This document shows positions 11,686-23,689 of a stretch of DNA of 64,000 bases, in pieces. The notes beneath the pieces are model-generated. The model saw only the letters and a program-made list of their open reading frames with translations. It was not told the DNA's origin and searched no databases. Positions within the stretch are counted from its first letter, which is position 1. Each line of letters starts with the position of its first letter. This DNA is from Camelus dromedarius. Taxonomy: Eukaryota. The position numbers were made by a program, and so were the translations under genes. The stretch spans positions 99,078,001 through 99,142,000 of the forward strand of contig NC_087437.1 in NCBI RefSeq assembly GCF_036321535.1, given 5' to 3'.

Positions 11686-13766
11686 TCTTGTATAATTTAA
11701 TGAAATCAGATAAGGATCAGTAAGAATTAAAAAGTTGAAAATCACTTTCTTGCTTTCTGCAGAGCTTCTACATTAGCTGCTCTTAGCTGACATTCGCCAA
11801 AGGACTTCAGTATAACTTAGAATTATGTTTAAATTTCATAATATGCTTATTCTCAAATATATTCTTGTTTAGGAAGTGAATACTTTTAGTATAGCAAATG
11901 TTTATTAAGTTAGACAACTTGAAAATTAGTAATGGTGACAGTCTTTATGGAATATCATGAAAAGAAATGTTAATTTTACCACTTTAACTATGACAGTTAC
12001 CATAGCTAACTGTACAAAACATTGCCAAAAAATTCTGTCAGACTTGTTTTTCATGAAAACATAACACTTGAAAGCCATGAATTGAATATTTATTGACAGG
12101 CCATTGTTACTTCTGTGAGTAGTGAAATGCAATCATGTTTTTAGGAACCAAGATTTTACAGTAGTATAAATGGAAGATAAATCAGAATTTGGTGACTGGA
12201 CTGCTGGATTTTATTCTGACTTAACTTGAAAAGATATTTGTAAGCGCTTTAAAGCTTGATAAAATGTGGAACATTTTGTGTACCTCACTAGAAAATTGGA
12301 ACAAGGTCATGATTTCGGAACTATTCCCAGAGAGGTGACTCAGGTCTGGAAAGCCAGATATGAATGTCATTCAGGGGAGACCTTTTTAACAGGAAACTTA
12401 ATAGATATAAAAGAAAAGGTGGACGTGCCAGCGAACTGCCTCAACTTGGTGGCATGAAACAATGCTTAATATTATTATCACTCTCTTCTTTTTTTTTCTT
12501 TTACAAATAAAACAAACAGAAAGCTTTAGTTGAAATTATGCCCATATTATTTCAAAATAAAATTCATATCCTTACGTTTTTTCAAAAACAAATTCCTAGG
12601 AAAAGCCATTTTCAAAAATTGTTTTAAAGAACTTATTTTCAGGTATATAATTTGTCATAAATGTGTCCATTAATTTCCATGTAATTCTACATTTAACATT
12701 TGAACCATAAAACTAACTTGTATCTGAGCACCTGAAATTAAATAATAAACAGCAACACTGACAGTATAACCTAGAGTTCTAAAATATTGTTTTCTGTATA
12801 ATATTTCATTTTTTAGGATGTTGTATTTTTCTGAATTTATGAGAAGATATGCTGTTTTTGGAAAAACTGACACAAAAAAAGATATCTTAAAATATCTTTC
12901 ATATTTCAGCTATACAAATATATAGCTGTATATATTTTTCCTACAGCATGTTAGAAGAAGAATAATTATTTTAGAGGCAAATACAGTACTCAAACATCCC
13001 CTCCTCCCTTTTTAAAACCAGGTTTGAGCATTATAAGGTCTAGACTTATGTTGATATAACGTATTAATATTCTTTGAATATAAAACAAAGGCCTAACCCT
13101 GCATTTTGCTTTCATGTTAGTGTTTTCTTTTGTTTGTATCCCACTAGATTCTCCAGACTTAGAAGCATTTTTTTCCCTTTCTCCTTTCCCTGTCTCTTTT
13201 GAATATTCTCCGCTCTGTTACATTTTTCTCAGTGACTAGAGCTGTGCCTGCACATAGGAAAAAATCTGAGTGAAAAATAGTCACCTAATGAATCAAATGA
13301 TGTTTGTGATAAAGAAACAAAGTAACCCGGTTTTTCCCTCAAACAAAAATGGCATTATGTTGTTAAAAACGTAGTTTGTTGACTTTCACATCAGTCTTAA
13401 TTTTGAGTCCAAATGGAAGGCATTGGGAAAATAAATACTAAAGAAGACCGAAGGAACTTTCTGAATTAGTCAATTATGGCCTTTTTTCTCCCAGTCTTTT
13501 CTTAATTCCTAGCTTTATTTGGGGGGTGGGGTTGATGTTTTTTGTTTTGTTTTTTTTTTTACTTTTAAGACATAACTGTCAACTGGTTTCAGATATAGTC
13601 ATTGGTCAAAAGATGCTCTGAGCATACAGTGTATCAGATGATTTTTTTGTTGTAATGTTCTGGATAATCAAAATTAAATGTACACTTAAAATGTTTTATA
13701 ACTGTAGTTTTTTTTTTTTTTAAAGATGAAATACTAATTCTATACTTCTTTTTAATTTTTGAAAAG

Positions 13767-13890
13767 TTATATAGATTCCTTGCTGTTCCTTATCTGTGCA
13801 TATCAGAATAACAAAGAACTCTTGTCCAAAGGCCCATACAGAGGACATGATGAAGAACTGATATCACATTATAGAAGAGAATGTTTACTA
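13767..13890 (+). CDS. USP25: USP25 coding exon: (S)[41 protein letters not shown]
   Basis: Branch point TACTAAT at 13732-13738, acceptor gaaaag|T, donor CTA|gtaagt. 124 nt, completes the Ser codon AG+T. Confidence 0.96.
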
Positions 13891-15269
13891 GTAAGTTGAA
13901 TGTACATAGTATGTGTTTATCATTTTGTCTTACATTGGACATTTCTCCAGACTCACATATAAGTGATTAACTATAAATTCTGATGGGGTAAGCATTATAG
14001 TGATGTCTGTAATATGGGTCTGCTCCCTTGAGATGGGAGAATACACTCAATTCTTTATCCCTTCTTGTTTGAGGATCTTAAGTTTTACAGGTAGTAAACC
14101 AGAAATGTCCTTAAAATGGTATCAGAATAGTTACATTTTTATATTTAGATTTCTTCATCATACTACCATTCCCTTTCTTGACAGGAGAGGAGGGGCTGAA
14201 CAGCATGATGAATTATCATTATTATTACAGAAAAATAGTAGATATTTTTGAGTTTTTATAAATAGTATATTTGGTGTTCATATGTTAAAGGATTCATTGT
14301 AATATAGTATCCTTTTTTTCACCTAGTCATTGGTTGTTTTCTTCCTCAAATATTTTTACTGCCTATGTGCTAAAATATTACTGTTGTTATAAACTGTAAA
14401 AAATCTTTTTAGCAGTTTTTGGGTACCAGTTTACTCTATAGATACCTAGAGTACTTTATTAATGTTTCTTGAGTCAGCTAACCTTTATGTGTAAAATCAA
14501 AAATTCCACTTTTATATTTTTTTCTGATTAGATTTCACTTAACTACTAACATCACTCTATAGACTGAACTTCTAAATTGCAATTGTTTTCTAACATTTGG
14601 GTATATATATTGTGTATGTATATATAGACAGAGGTATACAAGAGCGTGTGATATTTGAACCTATTTAGGGTACATGGTTTACGTGTACTTTAAAAAAATT
14701 TTAAGAAGGTGTAGTGGTGAAATGTTTTCTTTCAACAGAACCGCATAGTATACGTTAATTGTAGTCTGCAGTATGTCTTCAAACATTTTTAATGGAAATA
14801 TTAGAAGCTTGTGATCTTATTTTTCTCTCAGCGATTTTACTGCATTTGAGTGTATTTTAAAACTTGAATTGTTGATGGTTTGAATCCATTGAGGATGGTA
14901 TTCTTAATTTGGTCAGTTTCAAGAGGTTTTTAGTCAACTCCTGAGAAGGAAGACCTAAATTATATATAGTTCAGCTTAAAAAATATAAAGTTTTATTATA
15001 TAACTATATAAAATTTTGCATTGAATGAATTGAAGCAAGTTTTAATGTAAAAACATTGTAGTGTTGAGATACTAAGTATTCTGGTAAAGCTATTTTAAAC
15101 ATAAATACAACTGAAACTTGATGGTTACCCTGAGGCATTAAAAAAATTGTAGAATGTGCTTCTCTTATCATTTTATGTTAGTAAACCCAGCCATACTTAA
15201 TTTGTTATTTCACATGGGGATTTAAATGAGACCTTAGGAGGATTATTTTAGTGTTCCTTTCAGGTTTTT

Positions 15270-15830
15270 TCATATTGAGTATTTACTGAGTGTCAGATTC
15301 TGAGGGACACAGATAAGTCAGACCGATTATTTATTCTGAAAGATTTCAATCTGGTGAGAGATGTACACAAATTATTTTGATATTTCAGAATAAGTTTTAT
15401 GAGAGATATGCAAAATAATATGCCTGGAATTGTTGTGGAGAAACTTAAGAGATAAGATAAACACTGATCTGGATCTTGGTGGACAGATAGGAGTTTTATG
15501 CTTTGTAGAGAAGGGAGAAGAACATTCCAGACAAAAGGATATTGTATGTAAAGGCATGGAAAGTATACAGCAGAAAATGAAGATAAACCCATTGTGACCG
15601 AGTTATGAGGAGCGAGGGTTAGGTGGAAGTGATGAAGCCAACAATACTTGTCAGACTGTGAAGACGCTTATATGTCATTCTGAGTTGGCACCATTGTAAA
15701 ATTTAATTAAGTTTGGCATGATTAAGTTTGTTTTCAGAAAATAATTTTGACAGTTATACTAGAAGATGGACTGGAAAGGAGTAGAGATTGAAATGAAGAA
15801 CCCTAGAGGAGATGATAGGAAGAAACTGAA
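15270..15830 (-). mobile_element. L2 fragment
   Basis: tattgagtatttactgagtgtcag...agaacattccagacaaaaggatattgtatgtaaaggcatgga is typical antisense L2 3' region. Confidence 0.7.
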
Positions 15831-16121
15831 GCTAAGAGATTACTTAGTTGCTGAAGATTAGGTAATTGTTTAGTGGCTGAATTAGACTTTCAGTATAAGC
15901 CTCTCTACAAAGTCAAGATAAATTGCACAAGAATGTCATAATATAAAATAAATAATACAATTTTTGTATTTGAAGCAATCCAGCTTAAAACTATGATTAT
16001 TTAAAAATCATATTTATCATGCTGTAAGATTTCAGACATAAACCTCTTACTATACCTGTGTTTTTTATCTGTCTCTTATGTCTATATTTCTTTTCTCATG
16101 GATTTCTCTCTTCTACTAGAT

Positions 16122-16339
16122 TAGGTGTCAGGACACTTGGCCTATGCTCCAGCCTAACACTTGTTTAAAGAAATAAAGTCCTGTTGAAACATTTCCATGC
16201 CCATTCATTTACATGTTATGTATGGTTGCCTTTGTGCAACGATGTCAGAGTTAAGTCATTGCCACAGAAACTGTGTAACCCTTAAAGCTTATAATATTTC
16301 CTATCTTGCCTTTTACAGAAAAAATGTACAGGATCACTG
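16122..16339 (+). mobile_element. MER58A (hAT-Charlie) nested in an L2 3' end (~16040-16455, +)
   Basis: aaataaagtcctgttgaaaca...ccttttacagaaaaaatgt. The L2 tail resumes afterwards (cagtccctggcacatggcatgtactcagtaagaattttttgaaggaat). Confidence 0.8.
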
Positions 16340-16955
16340 TATTGTAAGGGGTTGTCAGTACCACGAGAGTTTTCTGTGTTAATTACTGGGGGCCCCTGCA
16401 TTCAGAGCAGTCCCTGGCACATGGCATGTACTCAGTAAGAATTTTTTGAAGGAATTCCTTAAGTGAATTGATTACCTTTGTATTTTTGTATCAACAAATG
16501 TAACAGTCCCTATTCAGTTGATACTTATGGATAAGATGATGAAGAGATTTTCAAAATTAATATGAAGTCTGAATTTCTTTATTTTTAAAATTACTTTGAG
16601 TGCTTACCAAATTTTAGAATTGCAGGAAATTTACCCCTAGAGAATAACTGAAGAATGGTCCCTGTAATGATGATTGAAGTAATATAAACTGAACATGAAC
16701 TTTAAAAACATGACAACCATATTCCTGCCACTTTGTTTTGCTTTTATTTCTGTTAGTTGTTGTTATATGTGTAGCTTTTTCTGAAAGACTTCTCTTAGAA
16801 TAGGTTGAGGTGGTTTTTTTGTGATTCCCATTTGTTCTAACACTATGTGCTAAGTAGCATGCTCATTATGTTGTCTTCAGTATTAACACTTACAGATATT
16901 TTTATTTAATTAAAAAAGGAAACGAACCTGTTAATCTTTTTCTCATTGCATTAAG

Positions 16956-17151
16956 AAATTAAATGAGCAAGCTGCAGAACTGTTTGAATCTGGAGAGGAT
17001 CGAGAAGTAAACAATGGTCTGATTATCATGAATGAGTTTATCGTTCCATTTTTGCCCTTGTTATTGGTGGATGAAATGGAAGAGAAAGATATACTTGCCG
17101 TGGAAGATATGAGAAATCGATGGTGTTCCTATCTTGGACAAGAAATGGAAT
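16956..17151 (+). CDS. USP25: USP25 penultimate coding exon: [65 protein letters not shown](S)
   Basis: Acceptor tttttctcattgcattaag|A and donor T|gtaagt. 196 nt, phase 0 to 1. Confidence 0.97.
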
Positions 17152-17456
17152 GTAAGTTTAAACAATGCTAGTGGGCAACTGAGTTGTTAGGATTAAAAGC
17201 AGTTAGAATTAGATGTTATCATTTTTAATATTTTGTAATAATTTTATACGCACACCATTACTTTTTTCTTATTTACAAACTAAGCTGTGCACACTGCTGT
17301 TGCCATTTGTATTTTACGTCTTCCCTAAAAATGGTAATGATTTGCTGTTTTGAAATGAAACATCAACTGACCACTCCAAGTTAATAAATCATGTTGAAGA
17401 TAATTTCTCTCCCTGTCTCTCTATCTTTAATTACATCTAACTGTTTTTATTTGCAG

Positions 17457-17629
17457 CAAACCTTCAAGAGAAGCTGACAGATTTTCTGCCAAAACTGCTT
17501 GATTGTTCTACAGAGATTAAAGGTTTCCATGAACCACCGAAGTTACCTTCATACTCCACGCATGAACTCTGTGAGCGATTTGCCCGAATCATGTTGTCCC
17601 TCAGTCGAACTCCTGCTGATGGAAGATAA
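17457..17629 (+). CDS. USP25: USP25 last coding exon: (S)[56 protein letters not shown]
   Basis: Acceptor tgtttttatttgcag|CA and stop TAA at 17627-17629. Ends in the characteristic USP25 C-terminus RTPADGR. Confidence 0.97.
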
Positions 17630-17794
17630 ACTGCACACGCTTTCCATAAACACACTGTATAAACTTTTTTTAGTTCTTAACCCTTGCCTTCCTGTCACAG
17701 GGTTTGCTTGTTGCTGCTATAGTTTTTAACTTTTTTTTATTTTAATAGCTGCAAAAGACAAAATGACTATACAGACTTTAGCCAGACTGCAAAC

Positions 17795-17800
17795 AATAAA
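17795..17800 (+). terminator. Proximal polyadenylation signal AATAAA
   Basis: Canonical hexamer ~165 nt after the stop, followed by T/GT-rich ctttgtttt at ~17825. Confidence 0.6.
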
Positions 17801-18037
17801 GCTGAGAATCGCATGGCGCTCAGACTTTGTTTTAACCAGAACTGATGTATAATTACAAATCTGATTGATTTTATTATGGCAAAACCATGCTTTTGCCAGC
17901 TTTCTGTTACAGTATTACTTTGCTTTTATCTTTTCTTAATCTGTAGCTTTCCATTCAGTCTGGATCCTCCATGACTACAGCCATTTAAGTGTTCAGCACT
18001 GTGTATAATATATAATATTTGGTAGCTTGTAAATGAA

Positions 18038-18050
18038 ATTAAAGAATAAA
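18038..18050 (+). terminator. Tandem polyadenylation signals ATTAAA (18038-18043) and AATAAA (18045-18050)
   Basis: Upstream TGTA motifs and downstream GU-rich tgtgtttgt at 18071-18079. Confidence 0.7.
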
Positions 18051-19032
18051 GTTTTATTTATGGCTACCTATGTGTTTGTAAGCAGGTATATTATATATTA
18101 GTGTATTATTTTAGTAATATAATATATAAATGATTTTGTTTGGGGATTGTTTTAAGATTGGGTGATAAATAGATTAATACAAACTTGTAATTTTGCTCTA
18201 ATGTTAGCACATTGGAAATTTACTATTTGACACTTAACTATATCTATATTTTTGACTAAGTTGTTAAACTTAGTATGGCACCTAAACCTGTTTTGAATTC
18301 AAATCAGGTTTTCACTGAAGTGAGCGGCTGATATTTAAGTCAACCACACTGAAACTTTTAACCTTTTCTTAGGTTAACCTTTAATTTTTTTTATGTATTT
18401 ACAAATAATATAGCAAGGTGATTATTTCAAGAGATACCAGAAAAACGTACTTGAATAAGGGCTATGTAATAGTGAAACTTATAAGAAATATGTATGTGGA
18501 TATACATAGATACATTAACCCGTACACCACACACATACTCTTCATAATGGAGGACAGTGTTTCCCATTATAAAATCATTCTATTTTTGTAAATTGTGTTC
18601 TATTATAGTTGAAAATGTTCTCTACTAATCAACGCTGTGAAATGAAGTTGATATTGTTGAACTAGAAGTTATGAGTGTCTTACCTGCATTTATTTACCTC
18701 CTTTTCAAAAAGGAAAAAGCTGTAGAATGTTTTGTAGATGGAACCGCTCTTTAAGATTAATGAAGTAATATTGTGAATGAAAATCAATGCTTTTTAAAGG
18801 TAATTATGTTACCAATGACCTATTTTTGAATTTATAAAAATTTCTTTACAAATGATACTTTGTTAGCCTAGTAAAATATATCATTATACTCTGTGTATGT
18901 TTGTTAGAGTGTCGCCAAAACTAATGCTCCTTATAAGTGCCTCTCATGAAAAGTCCTGGATGGAAGAAGAATAAGAAAATATTAAGCTATTACATAATAC
19001 TTCTTGTAAAGGTATCAATGTACTGCTAAGAT

Positions 19033-19038
19033 ATTAAA
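19033..19038 (+). terminator. Candidate distal polyadenylation signal ATTAAA
   Basis: Two TGTA motifs lie within ~30 nt upstream and GT-rich sequence (ggttttgcatgtt, gtgtgttttg) lies downstream. Confidence 0.45.
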
Positions 19039-19826
19039 TTAATGACAAAGAATTGATACTATTTCTGCTGTAAAATTAGGTTTTGCATGTTATAGCTCTC
19101 AAAGTGTGTTTTGATTTAGATTTTAAATTCTCTACTCAGCAGAATTAGTGTTGTGCATTGGTTTTCAAGTCCTGTTGAAAGTTTAGAAACTTCCTATGTA
19201 TCATCAAAGCATTTATAAAGTATCTTCCGTATTTTATGATATTCTGCCGTAACAGTGACGTTGTTTGCGTTTATGTGTATAATTGACCACTGAAAAACAA
19301 ACTTCTCAAACACCACATGGAATTTACTCCTTTTACAAGGCACATCCAGGTGAGTATTACTGTATTTACTCTACTTAAAAGCCAAGCTTCTTCATCCTAG
19401 TTATGAATCTGACTTTCTTTTTTAAAGAAATGACCTTTTTCAAAACTTGAGGAAATAACTTATTTTTGTATCAGTTTTTAATCTAATCTTAAGATTTAGA
19501 TCAGTGAAATTTCTTACATTATTTACTATATTAAATATAACATAGCTGGTAACTTGAAAGTTGAAACCTCAGTAGAACTGTTGTCCATGCCATATTTCAC
19601 TTTGATTTAAATGACTCTTTTTGATTACTATAGTTCTCCTTTCCCAGTCCCCACAAATTACATTTTGAAATAATTTAGTGTAGAATTCAAATAAATAGAA
19701 GTTAAGAGTTACAGAAACTTCTCATAAACAGCGTGTGTATAAAGAGACAGTAGCCAGGAGTGAATCTATGAGACACTCCAGTACTTTTCAGATTCATTAA
19801 AATACAATAATAACCATACACTGAAT

Positions 19827-20008
19827 CAGTAGTTCTCAAAATGTGCTCTGCAGACGAGTGGCTTCAGCATCACTGGGAAAAGGTTAGAACTGAAAACTTT
19901 TGAGCCCCACACCAGAACTGCTTAATACTTGTTAAAACTTGGAGAGTTAACCAGTTTCAACAAGTCCATCAGAAGATTATGATGTCTGCTAAAGTATGAG
20001 AACAAGGT
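19827..20008 (+). mobile_element. MER5A (hAT-Charlie)
   Basis: cagtagttctcaaaatgtg...cagcatcactggg...tttcaacaagtcc...ctaaagtatgagaac. Confidence 0.8.
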
Positions 20009-20413
20009 CACTAAATAAAACTATCAGTAGCATTGTATGCAATTTAAATGATGCTGTTTAATTTCCATTCACTTTTGAACCCTTGTTAGTTGGAAATTTT
20101 TCAGTATATTCCCTCACTGACAATTTCAGGGAAGTGACTAAAAATTCTTTTGCTTAGTTTTAGATTTTTTGAGACTAAGGTAGATTCTCTCCTCTTGTAT
20201 CTAATTCTCCAGAAATTCAGTTTCTTTGTTTTATGATTCAGAATTGTTGACTTCGGCCTAAGTCCTATTGTCATCCCCCAAAAGTACAACCACTCAGAAT
20301 GCTTGGGGTGAGTAGGGATACCCTTGTGTTAAAAAAAAAAATTAATTTACTTTAAATTGTTAAGCAGATTAAATATCATTTGTTGTGCCCATGATAACCT
20401 CGTCCAAAGAATG

Positions 20414-20791
20414 TGTATTAGTCTGCCAGGGCTGCCATAATAAATACCCCAGACTAGGTGGTTTGAAAAAACAAGTTTATTTTCTCACAGTTCTAGAGGC
20501 TGAAGTCCAAGATCAAGGTGTTGGCAGCTTTAATTTCTCCTGAGACCTCTCTCTGGTTTGCAGAAAGCAGCCTTCTCACTTTGTCTTCCCATGGCCTTTC
20601 GCCTGGGTACGTGTGCATCTCTGGTGTCTCTTCCTCTTGTAAGGACACCAGTCATACTGGGTTAGGGCCCCACCCTTATGACCTCTATCATAATTGCCTC
20701 TTTAAAGGCTCTATCTCCAAATACTGTCATCTTGGAGGGTTAGGGTGTCAACAAATGAACTTAGGAGTCCAAAGGAAGACAGTCCATGGCA
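20414..20791 (-). mobile_element. MaLR solo LTR (MLT1A/B-like)
   Basis: tgtattagtctgccagggctgccataat...tcacagttctagaggctgaagtccaagatcaaggtgttggcag...aaggacaccagtcatactgggttagggcccc. Confidence 0.9.
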
Positions 20792-22297
20792 TGTGATTGC
20801 CCAGTTTATATACCTCCTTTCCAGGCACAAAAGTATCATTACGGGCTCACAGTGCAAATGTCAATAGCTCTACTCTTTCATCTGATTTTTTTTTCTTTTA
20901 CTTTATTCTAAAAATTAAATCAACGTTGTAGCAAACCAAGTGAAAAGTTGCTCAAAATGTATTCATCTAATCATTTCAGTGTGTTTTCATTGAACAAATC
21001 TTTGCTGAATGAATGAAATCATTCATGTTGTTTTGACCTCGTTCATGTTTTGCTTTAATCAGTTTCACTTCACATTATACCATAGATCTGTATCAGTTTT
21101 GCTAGTGTTTTTATTTTTACCTGCTCTACGTTTCTGTTCCACCCTCAGCCAGTACTGAAGGTATTGATGTTAACAATTTTGGCCACATGCTTTTCCATGT
21201 TTGGATAATGATGTGCAGGGTATACACATAAGCATTGGTGGAGGGTTTGGGGTGGGGGAAGGGGTGGGGTGAGGAAAGGGAGGGGGTCATTGCTTTTAAG
21301 TGATAAAAAAAATATTTTACAGCATCCTTTCTCCCCCCCCCTCTGGTTTCCCCTCCTCCTCTCCTATACTTTCTAGCCTCCAATTCCTTCTTTTTCTAAT
21401 TAACTTTGATAGAGGTGACATCGTAACCAAATAATTACTTCAATAATAAAAGTAAATGAGTCATGATGGAGGGAACTATATGAACTATATACACAACTGA
21501 ATTTACACAGGCAACCACATAAGAATTTCAAACATCCTTATTCTATGCACAGTTCTCAATAGCTGTTTCACACCTTCACTACCATCCTGGACCTTCTGTT
21601 CAATGCTGGCTCCAGTGAAATAGGGTGATCTTACCTTTACCTTACCAAGACAGGTGAGGCGCTTGGGTATGATCCTTTGTACCTTCATACCTGGAAATGT
21701 ATAGTTCATTATTAACCAGGATGTAGTAAGGGATGGCATTATTGATAACCCAGTGTTACGAGGAAAATATAAATAAAATCAGATGCAGTATTAAATGAAC
21801 TTACGAATTTAGTTAAATTACATTTGCTCTTCTACAGAATTAATTCAGAAAGGCCAGCTTAATATCAGTTCGTGCTTTAGCAAATAGTTCTTAAGTTTTT
21901 CAGTAACCTGGAGCTAGATTAGTATCCTTAACCGTAGTTGTGCATCAAAAACACATGAGGAGCTCTCTTTACAACAGGTGTCTAGGTCCTATCATGTGGA
22001 TCCTTAAAAGCCTTTTAAAGTGAGAACTGTTTTGAGAACATTTGGTAGGTGCTTCCCCAACTTTCATTTTTCTAAAGATCACCTGTGGCTCTCCCCTCAG
22101 GGACTAAATTGAGCCTGGCTGAAGCAGGGTGGAGAAATTTGCTTTTCGCATTATTATAGTTCACATGAAAAGCTGGGGGTTTCAATATGCTAGTGCCCCA
22201 CACAGCCATCCAGCATTCCCATTTTGGTCTGTGCTCCAGCCAAAGCTGCACTCAAATATTTTCAGTCCTTAATTTACTGGATTTCATTCTCTCTTCT

Positions 22298-22535
22298 GAG
22301 TGGTTAAGAGTGCAAGCTCTAGAACCAGACTGCCCGTGTGCAGATCCTGGCTCAGCTACTTACTGTGTGTTGATCTTGAGTGAACTCTAACTCTTCTGGA
22401 TCTCTTCATCTATAAAATAGCTTTGCACTAAAGACTACCTTATGTGATTCTTTTAAAAGATTAAAAGGGTTTCTACATATAAAAAAACTTGGAAAATGTC
22501 TGCCACAAATTAAGTGTCCAATAATTGTCAGCCAT
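22298..22535 (+). mobile_element. MIR SINE, near full length
   Basis: gtggttaagagtgcaagctctagaaccagactgcc...gatcctggctcagctacttactgtgtgttgatcttgag...tcatctataaaatag. Confidence 0.85.
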
Positions 22536-22589
22536 TCTGTACCTTCACTGTTGCCTTCTGATTTTCAGAATCTGCCTTCCTGAGACAGG

Positions 22590-23285
22590 CTTCTTTGGAC
22601 TGCTCTCATTCCTGTCTGCATTCTTCCACATTTTCTTTTCTTTCTACTCCTTAAATATCAGTGTCCTCAAGGTTCTTTATTTGGCACCCTTCTAACTCTT
22701 CACCTTTCCTGGATGGTCATATTTACTAGTTTGACTTTCTGTAATGCCCACATGCTTGCGACTCAAAAGTTGGTATTTATAACTAAACCTCTGTTGTTCA
22801 TTTTAGACCCATATATACGTCCAGTTGTCTGTTCCACATAGACACTTGGATGTTTCACAGGCACTTTAAGCTCTGCACATCCAAAACTGAGTTCACCACT
22901 TCTCAAACCTGGTTCTCTTTTATTCTCTTTGTGAATGATACAATAATCCAGAAGTGAGAAATTATTCTCAATTCTGCTTTTATTTCCCATTGATTACCAA
23001 GTGTCCAGAGGTCAAGTTTGAAATCCTTTGCTCACGCATCCCTTCACTGCTGCTGTTGGTGAGGTTTCTCATCTCTTAGTTTGGACAGTTGGACTTCGCC
23101 CTGATTGGCCTCTCCGTCTTTGATCATGCCTCTTTAATCCGTCTTACATACTTGTTGGCAGAATAATTTTTCAAAGAAGTGTTGCATATCTCTTCTGTTG
23201 CCGGACTGAATTCCTTTAGAGGGAGATAGTAGCTCCTGTTTTTGTAACCTAGTACCTGTTAAATATCTGGCAATTTAATAAAGGT
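22590..23285 (+). mobile_element. L2 fragment
   Basis: cacttggatgtttcacaggcactttaagctctgcacatccaaaactgagttc matches the sense L2 3' region. Confidence 0.75.
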
Positions 23286-23317
23286 GCAGGTCATCTGGCC
23301 CTTCAGTCACCTTAGAC

Positions 23318-23503
23318 CTGCATGGTCCAGTAAGACAGCCACTAGCCACATGTGGCTATTTAAATTTAAACCAAATAAAATGAGTTAGTCATACTAACCG
23401 TATTTCAAATGTTTAATAGCCACATGTGACTATTGGCCTCCATATTGGACAACACGTTTTAGAACATTTCTATTATCGCAGAAATCTCCATTGGACAGAG
23501 TTG
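23318..23503 (-). mobile_element. MER3 (hAT-Charlie)
   Basis: Internal inverted motif agccactagccacatgtggctatttaaattt...atagccacatgtgacta and end agaacatttctattatcgcagaaatctccattggacag. Confidence 0.85.
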
Positions 23504-23689
23504 CCTCAGGCCCTTGCTCAGTATGGACATCTTCCTCTATTAACCCCCCTGGAACATACAAACACCCTCCAAAGTGCTAACCTGAGGAAACTGGCCTTCA
23601 GCATTTGTCTCCTTATCTTGATCCTGCCGTTAACCACTTTACTACATCTGCTCTTTAGAGAGCACCTCTACCAGCAGGTGTCCGATCAG

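Larger units (their letters stand above)
17630..19060 (+). other. USP25: USP25 3'UTR (distal end approximate)
   Basis: Repeat-free AU-rich sequence after the stop codon, with poly(A) hexamers at 17795, 18045 and 19033. The end is inferred from ATTAAA at 19033-19038 with upstream TGTA and downstream GT-rich sequence. Confidence 0.65.

Noticed and set aside
17464..17729. ORFs 17464..17655(-) and 17499..17729(+) overlapping the last exon
   Set aside because: Shadow frames of the real USP25 exon, which is read in another frame from 17457.
18517..18524. AACCCGTA, matching the 5' end of miR-99/100
   Set aside because: Only 8 nt match with no rest of the mature sequence and no hairpin. I found no miR-99a, let-7c or miR-125b sequence in the window.
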